In this document: positions 1 through 14,594 of the stretch, in pieces
How positions within the stretch are numbered: position 1 is the stretch's first letter
Layout: each line of letters begins with the position of its first letter
Origin: Octopus vulgaris
Lineage: Eukaryota
Direction: 5' to 3'
Assembly (NCBI GenBank): GCA_951406725.2
Contig: OX597830.1
Coordinates: 70,060,001-70,124,000, forward strand
Length of the DNA: 64,000 nt
Made by a program: the position numbers and the translations under genes
The notes under the pieces: model-generated
Told to the model about the DNA's origin: nothing
The model's input: the letters and a program-made list of their open reading frames with translations, nothing else
Database searches by the model: none

Positions 1-37
1 GACATTCGGAAATATTCAGGATGACCATTGACAAATA

Positions 38-113
38 GGCCACACGCATGCGCGCACGCACACCCACATACACACACACACGTACATACACACATACACA
101 GATACGCATACAC

Positions 114-148
<35 letters not shown>

Positions 149-920
149 CACATACATACATACGCACACACACGCATGTACACACACACATACACACACA
201 TTGACAAAAATACATAGACGCACACATGCACACGTATCCGTATGCACAATGCACCCGCACACTCAAACACTCGTGCACATGCAATGCACAGCCATTCGTC
301 AATTGATGCACATTCATATTTTCACCATTAATGCAGTACCATAACGACACAGAACTCTTGAATTGGATCAAGCGGTCGTGAATACACACACACACGTATA
401 CACACACGCACATACACACACGTATACACACACGCATACACACTGACACATACACACGCAAGCATATGCACACGCTCACACACATGCACATACATATAGT
501 AACACACACACACGAGCGAACACACACGGAATCACACCCATCCACACACACACATATTTACACATACTCGCACATAAACACATCTATAAACACATACACA
601 TATACTTACAAACGCATACTTACTCGCCTATATTTACAGACGCATACACATGTACTTGCATACATACACTCATTCACACTCACTTTCACACATATAGAGT
701 TACACTCATACAAACACACATACACACTCACACACATATATATAGACACGTACATATATACCTTCATACGTATATATTTATATAAACAAATTTATACACA
801 CCTATATACAAAAAGAGGCGTGCGAGAGCGCCTACATACTCAAACACACACATTTACAAATGCATAAACTTACACACATGTGCGTAAAAACACCCACATA
901 CATACGCCTACACACATACA
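38..920. repeat. Degenerate (CA)n/(TACA)n low-complexity tract
   Basis: Continuous cacacaca/tacata-rich sequence; ORFs here are H/T/Y/I or C/V repeats. Confidence 0.95.
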
Positions 921-1785
921 CCAACGGATGGATGAAAGGAAGTTTGCACGTTCGACTTTAATTTCTACTCCGTCATCGTTTCAATAAAAATGACATACTT
1001 AGGAACGAGAGAGAGAGAGAGAGAGAGAAGGGGAGAGAGATGTAGAAGGAAGAGAGAGAGAGATGGCGAGGACAGACCTGATACAGTAGAAGGACTAGTG
1101 CTAAACGTAACAGTGTAACCAAGTCGATATTCGTTGGCAAATACGCGTGTTTGTGTCCTGTCGATATTTGTGATAACGTGCATGCTAGAGTCATTAGCAC
1201 CGTGACTAAGAGTTTGAGGTTCAGGATTAAATGTTGTTTAAACTGAAACATTAATTATTTTGGTAGAGTTTTTATGGCGAGCCTATGTACTTATCTACAT
1301 TTATGGCCGGTACTGTGTTCATTCTTCGTCGGAGAGCGTCACTTTGAACCAAGTTTTCGCGGCATACTTGAAACAATTGCAGGATAGTTGCTAGGGTTTA
1401 CACATTATATTATCTACAAACACCGTCATGACATTTGCAGAATAAAACAAACAGACGCTGTGAAAACATTCATATTTTCGTATAAATTTCGAGACCAAAG
1501 TCTTGTTTTTCTTTCATCACTTTTTCGACAAACTTCAAATCAAACACGTTTATATGCTTCAATTTATTATGATATTGTAGAATTTATAGTATCCGACTAC
1601 CTGTTGGAAACTTTCCGGTTTATACCATATTTTCAAAGTGTTTTTCCTTTGGAGAAATCCAAATGCCATTACATGTTACATTGGCGGATTTTAATTGCAG
1701 TATTTTCAGAATTTTCTGCCTGCATTTATACACATATATATATATAAACGAACGTATTTGTGTATGTGTTTATATATATATTTAC

Positions 1786-1819
<34 letters not shown>

Positions 1820-2058
1820 ATATATGTATACATATCTACATATGTGAATGTATGTATAGGGTTTACCATTCCACAGATTTTGAGTGTTTAACATGAAAGA
1901 GATTGTAGGTTCTTTAGAGTATACTTTAAAGTCCGAAAGAGTCCAAAATGTCATCGTATTTGAAGGTTCCTTGTTACCATCAAAGTTTTTGATTCACAGT
2001 GGAATGGGATTCGAGAAATTTTACGATAGAAGCTGAAAATCTTTCTCTCTCTCTCTCA

Positions 2059-2127
<69 letters not shown>

Positions 2128-2184
2128 TTCTTCTAATCTTCGTCCGCGATTTACCTGCCTGTTCGCAATTAATACTGGCATCGG

Positions 2185-2322
2185 GTGTGCGGTTAAGGAG
2201 CTCCCTTTGCAATCACGTGGTTCCGGGTTCAGTCTCACTGCACAGCACCTTGTGCAAGTCTCTTCTACTATAGTCTGGGACTTGCAGGTGAATTTAGTAG
2301 ACGGAAACTGTCTACTAAATTC
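2185..2322 (+). mobile_element. Degenerate 5' half of SINE family A
   Basis: gtggttccgggttcagtctcactgcacagcaccttgtgcaagtctcttctactatag...agtagacggaaactg aligns to the full copy at 9363. Confidence 0.85.
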
Positions 2323-2323
2323 G

Positions 2324-2377
<54 letters not shown>

Positions 2378-2393
2378 CATATACGTATACATA

Positions 2394-2448
<55 letters not shown>

Positions 2449-3039
2449 AATAAGGGTTTTGCAACAATATATATATAAATGTATTTATAGTCTAAAGACC
2501 CAATAGAAGTTGACTCAACAAAAAGTACTCCGTCCAGTGAGTGATAAATATCAATTATATACACAACCGAAAGGGCTACTAATAGTTTCACGCTGTTACG
2601 ATACTTGAACAGACATATCTATAGAATATGCCATGTATCTTAAATTTCCTTGCGCTATTTGCTCTGTCACTTTGCCTAGATCCTGTCTAGATCGGTTTTT
2701 ATCGTTCGTCCTTTTGAGATCGCTAAACAAATTATTAGTCCAAGGGAAGAGGGTCGATTAGTGGAGTGTTAAAAAGGTTTGCAGTATGTTTTGGCTCCGT
2801 GCGTTCAACGTTTTAATCCCGCCATTTGTTACCGAAAAAGAAAGAAAGAGAAGGCGCTATCCTTCGAGAACTGGCAAAAACAGTGACCAGCATTGGAAAT
2901 TCTTGGAATATGTGCCAAAGTATTTCAACTGGTCATTCTCAGTACTAGCATTACAGTTGGCAGAAGAGAACACAGGAAGAGCTCTGCAGTCCCCTAAACT
3001 AACACAAGGTGTCTTAGTTTATACGATTTCGTCTCAAAT

Positions 3040-3430
3040 AAGTCTTGAACCCATTGTTATGTAAGGGAATACAACAGAAGAAAATATCACAGACTTGAGA
3101 AAAACAAAACAGAGGGCATTAGTCCGAGGAAAAACGCTATAAGAATTAAAGAAAAAAATATAGGTTTATGACTTACAAAAATTCTCGCCAAAGAAACGAT
3201 GTGCCTAGGAAGAGATAAGCTTAAAGGTCATGACAGAGGGTACTAAACTAGAAAGTTCATTAAAACAATGACCTCGGAAATACTTGTACAAAAGACAAGA
3301 CTAAGATGCATTTCGACGATGAGCCAGAAACTTCGACGTAGTAGAAAGAAGGAGGCTCATCAGGCTAACGACTCGGCCAGGCATGTTAAAAGCCTCAGAA
3401 TATGACGGCAATATTTAATGCTCCGCACTA
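3040..3430 (-). pseudogene. Decayed 3' end of a CR1/Jockey-like non-LTR ORF2
   Basis: Minus-strand translation gives VRSIKYCRHI (3428-3399), LAHRRNAS*SCLLYKYFRGHCFNELSSLVPS (from 3327) and SVFPRTNAL (~3138-3112). These match the typical IRPxMEYCSHIW / LSHRRxVASLSLFYKYxxGxCSxELSSLVP / SFFPRTxxLW C-terminal motifs; stops and indels are present. Confidence 0.8.
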
Positions 3431-4177
3431 AAATAGTGTAATATACCGAACGAGAGTGGAGCTGAGTTTCAAATGTGCATCAATAAATATAATTATGAAC
3501 TCTTAACTTAAATCAAACGTCTGCGACATAAAAGATTAGCAGGACTATCAGAGAGTCGGTCAGGATTCCTTGTGGCAACTTTATTCGACCTTTGCATTTT
3601 GATACCGCGCCTGCATTGGTACCAAACTGCATCGACCTAATTTGACGATCTTACTATTGAATAATCATTGGTAATGTGGAGAAAGAAGGCTTGCATGCTA
3701 GTTGGTCAAACATGTCTTGTTCAGATCTGGGCATATTATGTGCAGATACATGGAAAAGCTTGAATGCCATAAATTGAAAGAAAAACCCATGATATTTATT
3801 TCTAATTCATTCTTGTACTTCAAAATGATCCTGTTATCATTACTGATATTCTGATTAAATTATTATTATTTCTGTATAACCAAGTAGGTGGCGATCTGGC
3901 AGAATTATTAAAGAGTCATTGCATATGTTTTATAGTATATCTATTCGGAAATTTTACCTTTTGTGTTCAACCACCTTTCGTTTTTTTTGCTAGTTCTTGA
4001 AGGATAGGTTTTTTTTTCAGAAACACAGCAGGATTTGAACTCAGAACGCATGGAGCCGAAACATATTTCATACTGCCTCACCCACCTTCTAGCATTCCAC
4101 CAACCAATTGCTCTGGACTGATAATTTACATATCGACTCAGAAATGACGGAAAGCAAAGTCTGGGAAACAAAATACC

Positions 4178-4401
4178 TATTTCTTTACTACCCACAAGGG
4201 GCTAAACACAGAGGGGACAAACAAGGACAGACAGACGGATTAAGTCGATTATATCGACCCCAGTGCGTAACTGGTACTTAACTTATCGACCCCGAACGGA
4301 TGAAAGGCAAAGTCGATCTCGGCGGAATTTGAACTCAGAACGTAACGGCAGACGAAATACGGCTACGCATTGCGCCCGGCGTGCTAACGTTTCTCGCTGC
4401 C
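4178..4401 (-). mobile_element. Young SINE family B copy with 18-bp target-site duplication
   Basis: tRNA-like head (B-box gagttcaaattcc), core of the gtcgactttgcctttcatcc type and tail ccccttgtgggtagtaaagaaata. Flanked by tctgggaaacaaaatacc (4160-4177) and tctgagaaacaaaatacc (4403-4420). Confidence 0.95.
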
Positions 4402-6069
4402 ATCTGAGAAACAAAATACCAATCAAGTACTGGCGCCGATGCATCGAAAAAAAACCTTACCCTCAAAATTGCTGTTTTTTAGTGCCTAATTAATTCAGAA
4501 ACCATTATTATGTAGAAAGGTAATGATAAAAGTACTAGAAAAGTACACTATAAAAATGAGATATTTAGTGCAGGAGATTTTGGAGAGCAATGAACTGACG
4601 TTGAAACATGTTGCTGTTTTCTGCTCTGTTGGCACACCGAAATCCTGACGCACGTGGTAATTTTAAAATTGAAGGTGATTCAGTGGGGAAGTGTATTTTA
4701 TATTTAATTCTGATGGGCCAAGTCAGAAATTGAACTCACTATCACTGCAAGCTCGTTAATTTTAAGTTGTGTCCGTGAAAGTTTGAGCTGCTGTTTAATT
4801 CCAAGTTAGCCTTAGTCGAGAAAATTTCTAATCAAGAACACTCTATCCTTGACTATCTAATTCTTTAAATGTCCAGAACTAATTGTAAATGTAATCCAAT
4901 TTTAAGACGATGGGGAGATTCGAGAAAGATTGGCTGTTATTTCTAGGTCTTAAGACCAAATAGTGGCTTACCACAATGGATTGCATTGAAAAGATTTAAG
5001 CATCTTAGGTTAAATTTACTCAATGGTAACAGTACAGAAGCAGAGGTGGCGAGATGTGAGCTGTTGACTTTTCGACTAGAAATTCGACCCCGCTACCAAT
5101 CCGACCATTGCGTCACTTGAGTTAGGGAGATTACATTCAACATAAACTAATTACCTCAATATATATATATTTACGCTGACGTTATCCCCTTGGTTTGAAA
5201 AGAATTCTTTGAATTCAAAACGTTTATTGAATCAATTTATATGAATCTGTTTACACATTCGTTACACTGACTAAACAAAATGCTTTGTGGTACTCGTTTT
5301 GGATCTTTGTGCTATGAGTTCAAATCCTATCAGGATCAAATTTGTTTTGCATCAATTCAAGGCTGTTCAATAAATACCAGTCCAGTCTAACCCAGCCCAA
5401 CCCTGGGGCTCCCTCCCTCTCTCACTCTCTCTCTCTCCCTTTCTCTCTCTCTTTGGGTTGTAAGGTTTCGCCTTGTTATTCTGTTTCTACCCGAACATTG
5501 TATTAATGGCACACGTGTCTGCTGCCGAACATTCAGCCGATGATGATTACGCTTTAACTTCACGAGAAGGAATTCGGATTATCGATTCCCCATCACCACC
5601 ACCACCACCACCACCACTATCACCACCACCATCACCACTACTATTTCCACCGCCAGTGGTTTAATGTTTTCACATTGATCAAACTAACTAACAAACAAAC
5701 ACTCACTATTGCTAAGATTATTATATTTTACCAATACCACACCCAAACCGGTCAGACCAACATATGTTAGTCTCAAGACTATTTCAAAACTGTAAAAATC
5801 ATCCCTAGCCACACAAAGTCATAGAAATGTTTTTCACTTCGAAGCCTGCTTACCATTTTGTCAGCTGCTTCGTTCAATATAACGACCGTTGTCAACATAT
5901 TGTATCGATTATATCGCTTATGTATATTGAATATGTTCCTCCAGATGCTACACTATTGTAATATTGGCAATCGTTTATTGGTATTTTATGGCAGTCATAA
6001 CTTAAATTACAAAAATAAAAAACCCGTCAAAATTAGATATAGTTTGCAAATATGTCGTTATTGTTGCTG

Positions 6070-6560
6070 TGTTGTTATTGTATAGCCACAGGTCAACCCT
6101 GACCAAGCACAAATATGATCAAAGGCATTCCAACCATGACTGTTCCATCTTTCTTAATTAAGGATGTCTAGTATAATATTATGTACTGTATTCTTTAATT
6201 CTTAAATAGTTAGGGTGTGATGTTGTTATTGTAGTATAGCCACAGGTCAAACCTGACCAAGCACAAATATGATCAAAGGCATTCCAACCATGACTGTTCC
6301 ATCTTTCTTAAGGATGTCTAGCGTAATATTATGTGCTGTATTTTTTAATTATTAAAAATTAAGGGTGTGAGTTAAGGAAAGTCTGACTACTATTTGTTGT
6401 TGTTGCTGTTGTTAGCCACAAGTCAATACTGATCACGGCCACACATATAACAAAAGGCGTTCCAGGCATGCCCGTTCCATTTTCCGTAAGGTTATCTAGC
6501 GTAACTTTAGATACTGAATTATAGTCAAGACAATCTAGTTGTTATTTTCAGCATATAGAA
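6070..6560 (-). mobile_element. Tandem partial copies (2 x ~150 bp plus 1 diverged) of old repeat family C, probably a SINE with a (CAA)n tail
   Basis: 6070-6220 and 6221-6370 are near-identical, with a third diverged copy from ~6395. The motif gttgttg..tagcc.caggtca.cctga.c.agca.a..tatgatcaaaggcattcca.ccatgac recurs at ~4790-4960, 6770-6930 (opposite strand), 24970-25170, 25215-25610, 26170-26240, 31870-32010, 56160-56300 and 60085-60135. Confidence 0.75.
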
Positions 6561-7238
6561 GAGCGGCATAGAAGCTGAGCACAGGGCCATCAATTTTAAA
6601 AGGAAGAGGATTAATCAATGCAATTGAATTCAAAGCATGTATCGTACTTTATTTTATCGACCTCGCGGGATGAAAGGAAAAATTTGCCTCAATGAGGCCG
6701 AAATGCTCATTATCTAGAATATACATGATTGGGATTCATTCCTTAGAGAAATACCTTATGAAATGACCATTTCGGTCGTAGAAAAAGCAGCCAAATCGTC
6801 TTAAAAGAGAAACAAAAGATACAAAATAAAAGTTAAAATACATTTGATATTGATAACAGAGACGTGATGGTCATAACTGAATTGCTTATGATCATAAATT
6901 TGTCCGATTGAGCGAACTCGGAGACGAGCAAGCTTATAAGTATATATCTTGCAGGTAAGTTAGCATAATTGTGAGACCTGAGAAGTTAAAATTTTTGTGC
7001 TATCTTAAGCGAAAACTTTTACTCTAGAACAAACGTCATTGAAACTGTAAGGCTTAAAAAGTTCAAATACCTTTCAAACATATTTGAACTAGCCTTAAGT
7101 TTGTACAAATCCACACACACACAAAAAGGTAATTACACACACATAAAGGTGAGTATGTGTGTATGCGTGTGTGCGTGTATGTGTGGATAGATACGAATTT
7201 AAGTATATATGTATATATGAATGCTTATCTATCTATCA

Positions 7239-7298
<60 letters not shown>

Positions 7299-7322
7299 CG
7301 AACTATCTCCCTGTGTGTGTGC

Positions 7323-7359
<37 letters not shown>

Positions 7360-7529
7360 TTGTACACCACCTGTCTTCGTCTTTCGGTTTTTTTTGTAAA
7401 CTATATATATATATATATATGCATACAAGCATATATTTTATATATATATAAATTTATATACATGTAAAACACACATACATATATTTACATCAACGTACCT
7501 AGAAATATATAATATATAATATATATCTC

Positions 7530-7895
7530 GGTTCTGTAAATGACCAGAGACAAGGAAAGCATTGTCTAATGATGATATACCAATATTGTGTGGCTAAACA
7601 AAAATTACACAAATGTTTCTCACAAGAAAACATCATCACGTCACATCACGCAGCACCACATCCCAAAGCACAAACCCAGAGCCCTTGCACTCGCATCAGT
7701 TTTGGGGATCACTTTTAACCAAGGGTTCAATATAGTTAGGAACGTATGTCAACGGCTGCCTCTTCCATGGCGGAACCAGAATATACTTAAGCTTCTAACA
7801 ATCAGTAATACGCTATAAAACTCAGTTGATACAGACGATGGAGTAATGTTCTCGCATCTTAGACGACATCCAGAAAAGAGCCGCCCGACTGATTC
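7530..7895 (+). pseudogene. Decayed CR1/Jockey-like RT C-terminal fragment
   Basis: SVLGITFN (~7697-7720). In frame from 7814: YKTQLIQTME*CSRILDDIQKRAARLI, matching LYKAQIRPxMEYCSHIW...LDRVQKRAxRLI with an internal deletion and a stop. Confidence 0.75.
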
Positions 7896-7999
7896 TTCTC
7901 ATCCTTGTTGTAATTAACGCCTACCTCGCATCATATTAATCCACATGCCTGATCTTAGTCTCAAAAAATGGAGGACCTTCGGAACGCCTTCTATTCGTC

Positions 8000-8075
<76 letters not shown>

Positions 8076-8157
8076 CTTCTCGCTCTCTCAATATATATTG
8101 AGGAGAGAAAGATAGATGGTTATACATGCTAACATAAGCACATACATACACACACAC

Positions 8158-8205
<48 letters not shown>

Positions 8206-8383
8206 GCATATGTAAAAAAAGACAAACTGGGACAAGAACGCTAAACATTTAGAAGACGATACAAAAAACACGGACGGGACATTCGAAGCCTTCAATCTTC
8301 AGTCAAGAACCGGATCATCCTCGCAATTTCGGCTGATTAAAATGCATCTGTAGACATATAAATATATATACATACCTATATAT

Positions 8384-8495
<112 letters not shown>

Positions 8496-9188
8496 ATATA
8501 TTTATAAATATATATGTATTTATGCATGTATGTATATATCATAGAGAGACGCAGACGCACGCATTCACAAACAGTCACATATTTATTCCACAATTTAGGC
8601 GGGTACACTGACTTCGTTATACCAAGGAGGGGCAAAGCTGGAATTCAACAGACTTTCTCTCAATTAAAAATTTAAGTTAGTTTATTATCCAAATGCCACA
8701 GAAATAATATTTTGTTGTCTTTATGCAAGAAGCGACGTTTGTGATGTTGAACAAAACAATGAATGATATAAATATAAATATAAATATAAATAAATAGAAA
8801 TAAATAGAAATAAGTATATGAGTATAACGACGAAAATATATACAATCGTTAATCCACCTCACCCCACCCCACCCCTACATATACATGTATTAGACATATT
8901 TATGTACGGTTTTAAAAATTCCTATTATATTAAATTTATCATTTATTGTACGACTGTGCAAATTATATGCACAAGTAACGTACACAATGCAAACACACAC
9001 ATACATACATACATACATACATACATACATACATACATACATACATACTTATATACATACATACATGTACATGTATATGTATTTGCGTGTCTATGTATAT
9101 ACATACACTTACATTAGTATATACATGTGTTTATATATGTATATAAACGATGTATAAATATTAACTGTCACCGATATATCTATCTTTG

Positions 9189-9231
<43 letters not shown>

Positions 9232-9302
9232 ACATTTACTTTAGTATATACATATGTGTATATATTTATATATATAATATACAATGTATAAACATTAATA
9301 GA

Positions 9303-9362
<60 letters not shown>

Positions 9363-9364
<2 letters not shown>

Positions 9365-9776
9365 CGCAGGAGTGGTTGTGTGGTAAGTAGCTTGTTTACC
9401 AACTACATGGTTCCGGGTTCAGTCCCACTGCGTGGCACCTTGGGCAAGTGTCTTCTACTATAGCCTCGGGCCGACCAAAGCCTTGTGAGTGGATTTGGTA
9501 GACGGTAACTGAAAGAAGCCCGTCGTATATATGTATATATATATATATATGCGTGTGTGTGTTTGTGTGTCTGTTTGTCCCACTAGCATTGCTTGACAAC
9601 CGATGCTGGTGTGTTTATGTCCCCGTTACCTAGCGGTTCGGCAAAAGAGACCGATAGAATAAGTACTGGGCTTACAAAAGAATAAGTCCCGGGGTCGAGT
9701 TGCTCGATTAAAGGCGGTGCTCCAGCATGGCCGCAGTCAAATGACTGAAACAAGTAAAAGAGTAAAGAGTAAAGAG

Positions 9777-9778
<2 letters not shown>
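9363..9778 (+). mobile_element. Full-length SINE family A (tRNA-like head, CORE-like ccttgggcaagtg segment, internal (TA)n(TG)n, aagagt tail)
   Basis: A-box-like tggttgtgtggtaag and B-box ggttcagtcc; near-identical copies at 44093 and 47180; embedded in (TA)n. Confidence 0.95.
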
Positions 9779-9818
<40 letters not shown>

Positions 9819-11021
9819 GTATGTATATATGCATACTATATGTGTCTCTGTATGTGTATGTGTTTGTAGGAGTACGTGTGTGCGTGTATATATGTGTGTT
9901 TGCGTGTCCATGCACGTGCGCCCGCCCACGCGCGTCTGTGTTTAATGAAAGTAAAAATACAATTTCAAATTATGTACAAACTTTCCGTTTCTGCTTTCCC
10001 CACCCCCTTTTGCTAACGATGACGATTATAATGAAGATGATGTTGATGATGGCGATGGTGCTGGTGGTGGGGATGATGATGGTGATGATAGCCTTCATGA
10101 AGATGAGGATGAGGATGAAGATGATGTACTGGTACTAATGAAAATCGCGTTGAGAACTTTCGTTGGATGCAACGATAACAACGAATTGCCACAACAAGAA
10201 TAACAGAAATAAAGATGGCAGCAAAGACATAAATACACTGCGCAGATGCATCACACAAATGCGTATCTATATATGTATATGCATCCATCTGTGTATCATG
10301 TATTCATATATAATATGAAAAATATACTATGTATGTGTATGTATATATAATATATGTAATGTGTCATCTTACTACATATGTATCTACGTATGTATGCATG
10401 AATGAGTGTACATATGTATACATACATACATATATACATACACACACACATATATATATGTACGTTATGTTTATTGAATTAATTTTCATTATATTCGCAG
10501 AAAATCAACTTTAAAACAACGCTGGCATCGGTGCCTTTCAAATTGGATCAAATACACTGCACGGCAATAATAAACACCAAAGGTAAATCGGGCGGTGTGT
10601 GTGTGGGGGGGGAGGGGGGTCGTGAGTGGAGGGCCGGTGGTGGAGAAACATATATAAAAAAAAACAAAACATTTAGAACAGTAACATTGATGATGATTAT
10701 CACGGCGATGATGATGATGGTGATGATGATGATGTTGATGACAATATTAATATCAACAAACAAATATGATAATAATATCAACAATAATAAATATTATGAT
10801 GATAAAGGAACTAACAAGGAAAGAATGCAAAAAAACAAAATAATAATGAATAAATAAAAAACAACAACCACAAGCAAACAAAAAAAAATCAGAACAATAC
10901 AAAACAAAAAAATAACAATGTCACGATCACCACCAACACTAACCCACCTCCACCGCCGCCGTCATCTCTTACTATGGCAGAAACATCAGCAATGAAAAAT
11001 CATCAATATACATACATATAC

Positions 11022-11056
<35 letters not shown>

Positions 11057-11060
11057 CATC

Positions 11061-11096
<36 letters not shown>

Positions 11097-11116
11097 GCAA
11101 AAATATTACATAGATG

Positions 11117-11149
<33 letters not shown>

Positions 11150-11162
11150 ATATACATCTATG

Positions 11163-11204
<42 letters not shown>

Positions 11205-11505
11205 AACATATATATATATAGACAAATAACTAAATAATAATAACGACAGAAAACAAAAGGCATCAAAACAAAACGGAACGACACTAAAAATAACAAAAAA
11301 TAACAAGAGAAAACTAAAAAAAACAAACATATAGAATGAAAAGAAAATGGCGTAAGATTGATGCGTTTCTCTGTTGTGTGTTGTAGTAAAAATATCAACT
11401 GCAAGTTATGATTGTTTTCCATTGTTTGACTAATAATCACATCCACACATACACGCTCGCTTACACTAACCCTCCTCTTATCGCATTCTCTTCTCTTTCT
11501 GTATT

Positions 11506-11560
<55 letters not shown>

Positions 11561-11800
11561 GACTGACTGTCTTATCTCTCTTTCTCTCTCTCTCTCTCAC
11601 ACACACTCTCTCTTTCTCTCTGTGTCTCTGTATGTCTATCTGTCTTTCTATTTCTGAATATCTCCTCCCCCATCCATCTCTGATTCTCTGTGATTCCATC
11701 TTTATTATCATAAACTACAGCATGTCCTGAAGACAAAATAATATAAAAAAAACAACTTACAAGCAAAGCAAATTATACAAACACACAACATACGCACATG

Positions 11801-11831
<31 letters not shown>

Positions 11832-12736
11832 GCATTCAAACATATACTTACACAAGTACACTTACCTTATATATTCACGCATGCACATACATATACTCAC
11901 AGGCATACTTATACACGCACATACACACATGCAAAGATAGATATGTACATACGTACGCACATGCATATACGCATACGTATACATGAATACGTACATCCAT
12001 ACATACACATATTCATACGCATATTCATTCGCACAGCAACAGCAGTGAAAAGAAAAAAGAAAAAAGAAAAGAGAGAGAACAAAAAAAAACAAAAAAAAGA
12101 GAAGTAACGCGACCAAATAACAAACACCAACAGCAAGAACAACAACATCAACAAACAATCAAGCAACATAACCGAAACAAACGTATACGGACGCATACAG
12201 AAACACACGACCATAAATAACACACACAAAGACAGATATATAAACATATAAACACACAAGCACACACTCCCTCTCTTTCTCTCTCTCTCTCTCTCTCTGT
12301 CTTTCTCTTGCAACCACACACACACTAACGCACACACACTAACGCACACACACACACACACACACACAGACACACACACACACGGGTCGTAAAATAATTA
12401 CATATGACCACTTTGTAGTGATGTTTTATTGATAATCGAAAATTGCATTTTTTCCTTTGAAGATTTTGCATTGGTCCCGAGGAAATGCTGGCTTTAATAC
12501 CTAAAAAGAATACAACTTTATTTATTTATTTATTTATTTATTTATTATTTTTTTTTTGTGGTGCTTGCATCGTAATATCAATTACATTCTGCAAACTTTC
12601 GAAAAACATTACCTACAAATTTAGCTCTAATAGGGAGCAACAGCTTGCTATATCCAAACTTATATATATATTTCTAACAAGTTTTTGCATCTTGTTTTCT
12701 TACGCTCTTTCTTTTAATAAATCGTTTGTTTGTTTG

Positions 12737-12814
<78 letters not shown>

Positions 12815-12919
12815 CCATCGTCAACATCATCATCATTATTATTATCATTATTATTATTATCATTATTATTATTATTAAATTTTTTTTCTGGTAGTAGTTG
12901 GATTTTGAGTGTGTGTGTG

Positions 12920-12973
<54 letters not shown>

Positions 12974-13118
12974 CATATATATTTTTTGTCTTTTAAATAC
13001 GATATTATGAAGAATTCTTCTGGGAAAATATACAAGCATTAGGTAGATTTTTTTTTCAATATATGTGTGTGTATGTGCTTGGGTATATATATGTGTATAA
13101 ATATATGTATATATACAT

Positions 13119-13167
<49 letters not shown>

Positions 13168-13518
13168 TGTATACATATATATATGCATATATTAAGAAAT
13201 CTTTCTAAAACCCTCAAAAAAGGCAAACAAAATATAACAAATTCTGTTATTTTTTCGCTGCGATTTTTATAAGCTTTTGATGTTAACAATTTTCAACCAA
13301 GTACACACATTTCATGAATAATCTTTACGTAATTTTCTTTTTTTTTTAATGTATTTTAAAATTTTTGTTGTTTGTTTGCTTTAAATTTATTATTTTAATG
13401 TTTGATTTTATTTTAGATTAATTAAATGTATACATTATGTTAGAATATACAAACACATAGACGCAGATGTACAAACACGGATGCAAAAGTAACGCAAACA
13501 CACACAAACGTTATTAAC

Positions 13519-13563
<45 letters not shown>

Positions 13564-13623
13564 TATGCATATATATACTAGAATATATGTGTGTATATAG
13601 ATACGTGTGTGTGTATGTGGAAG

Positions 13624-13691
<68 letters not shown>

Positions 13692-14112
13692 ATAGGGGTA
13701 CTGAAAGACGGAGAGAATGCAAAAACGAATTTAAAGGTACAAATCAAAACAAATACACACACACACACACACAAAATAATAATAAAAATTATCAAGATCA
13801 AAATTTAGCAAAAAAAAAAAAGCAAAAACAGGAATGGCAACAAAAAACAAACAGTAAGTTTTTTAAAAGAAAAGTATAAATATGTATAGGGTAAAAATTA
13901 AAACAAAATCCTCATAAATTAATAAAAGGAAGCATTTCGGATTAAAAGCAATATGGCATAAAAAGCCGGAATGTTTCAAGAACGTATTTGTCTATTCTGA
14001 GATGAGTCCATTACAGAGGAATATGGAAATTATCCTATATGGAATTAAGATTAAAACAAGCGCTGAAATTCGATCTTTTTTTACACATGCACACTACAAA
14101 ACAGACACAGAT

Positions 14113-14185
<73 letters not shown>

Positions 14186-14512
14186 ACACACACACATCTA
14201 TATATATATCTATATATATAGGTAGATAGATAGATATATACATAGATACATGAATAAATACATACACACACATGCAGACGCACACGCACACACATATATA
14301 CACACAAAGACAGAGAGACATATGTATACCCACATATACATATATACACATTCACCCTTACGCATATAGGGATCCACACCGAATAAGGGTATGACCATTC
14401 GTGCACACATGTAAACTCTCAAAAACGCTTATAACTTTACAGTTAAAATAAGTTCGCAAATATATATATATATATATATACAATTTATACATATATATAT
14501 ATATATATATAT

Positions 14513-14594
<82 letters not shown>

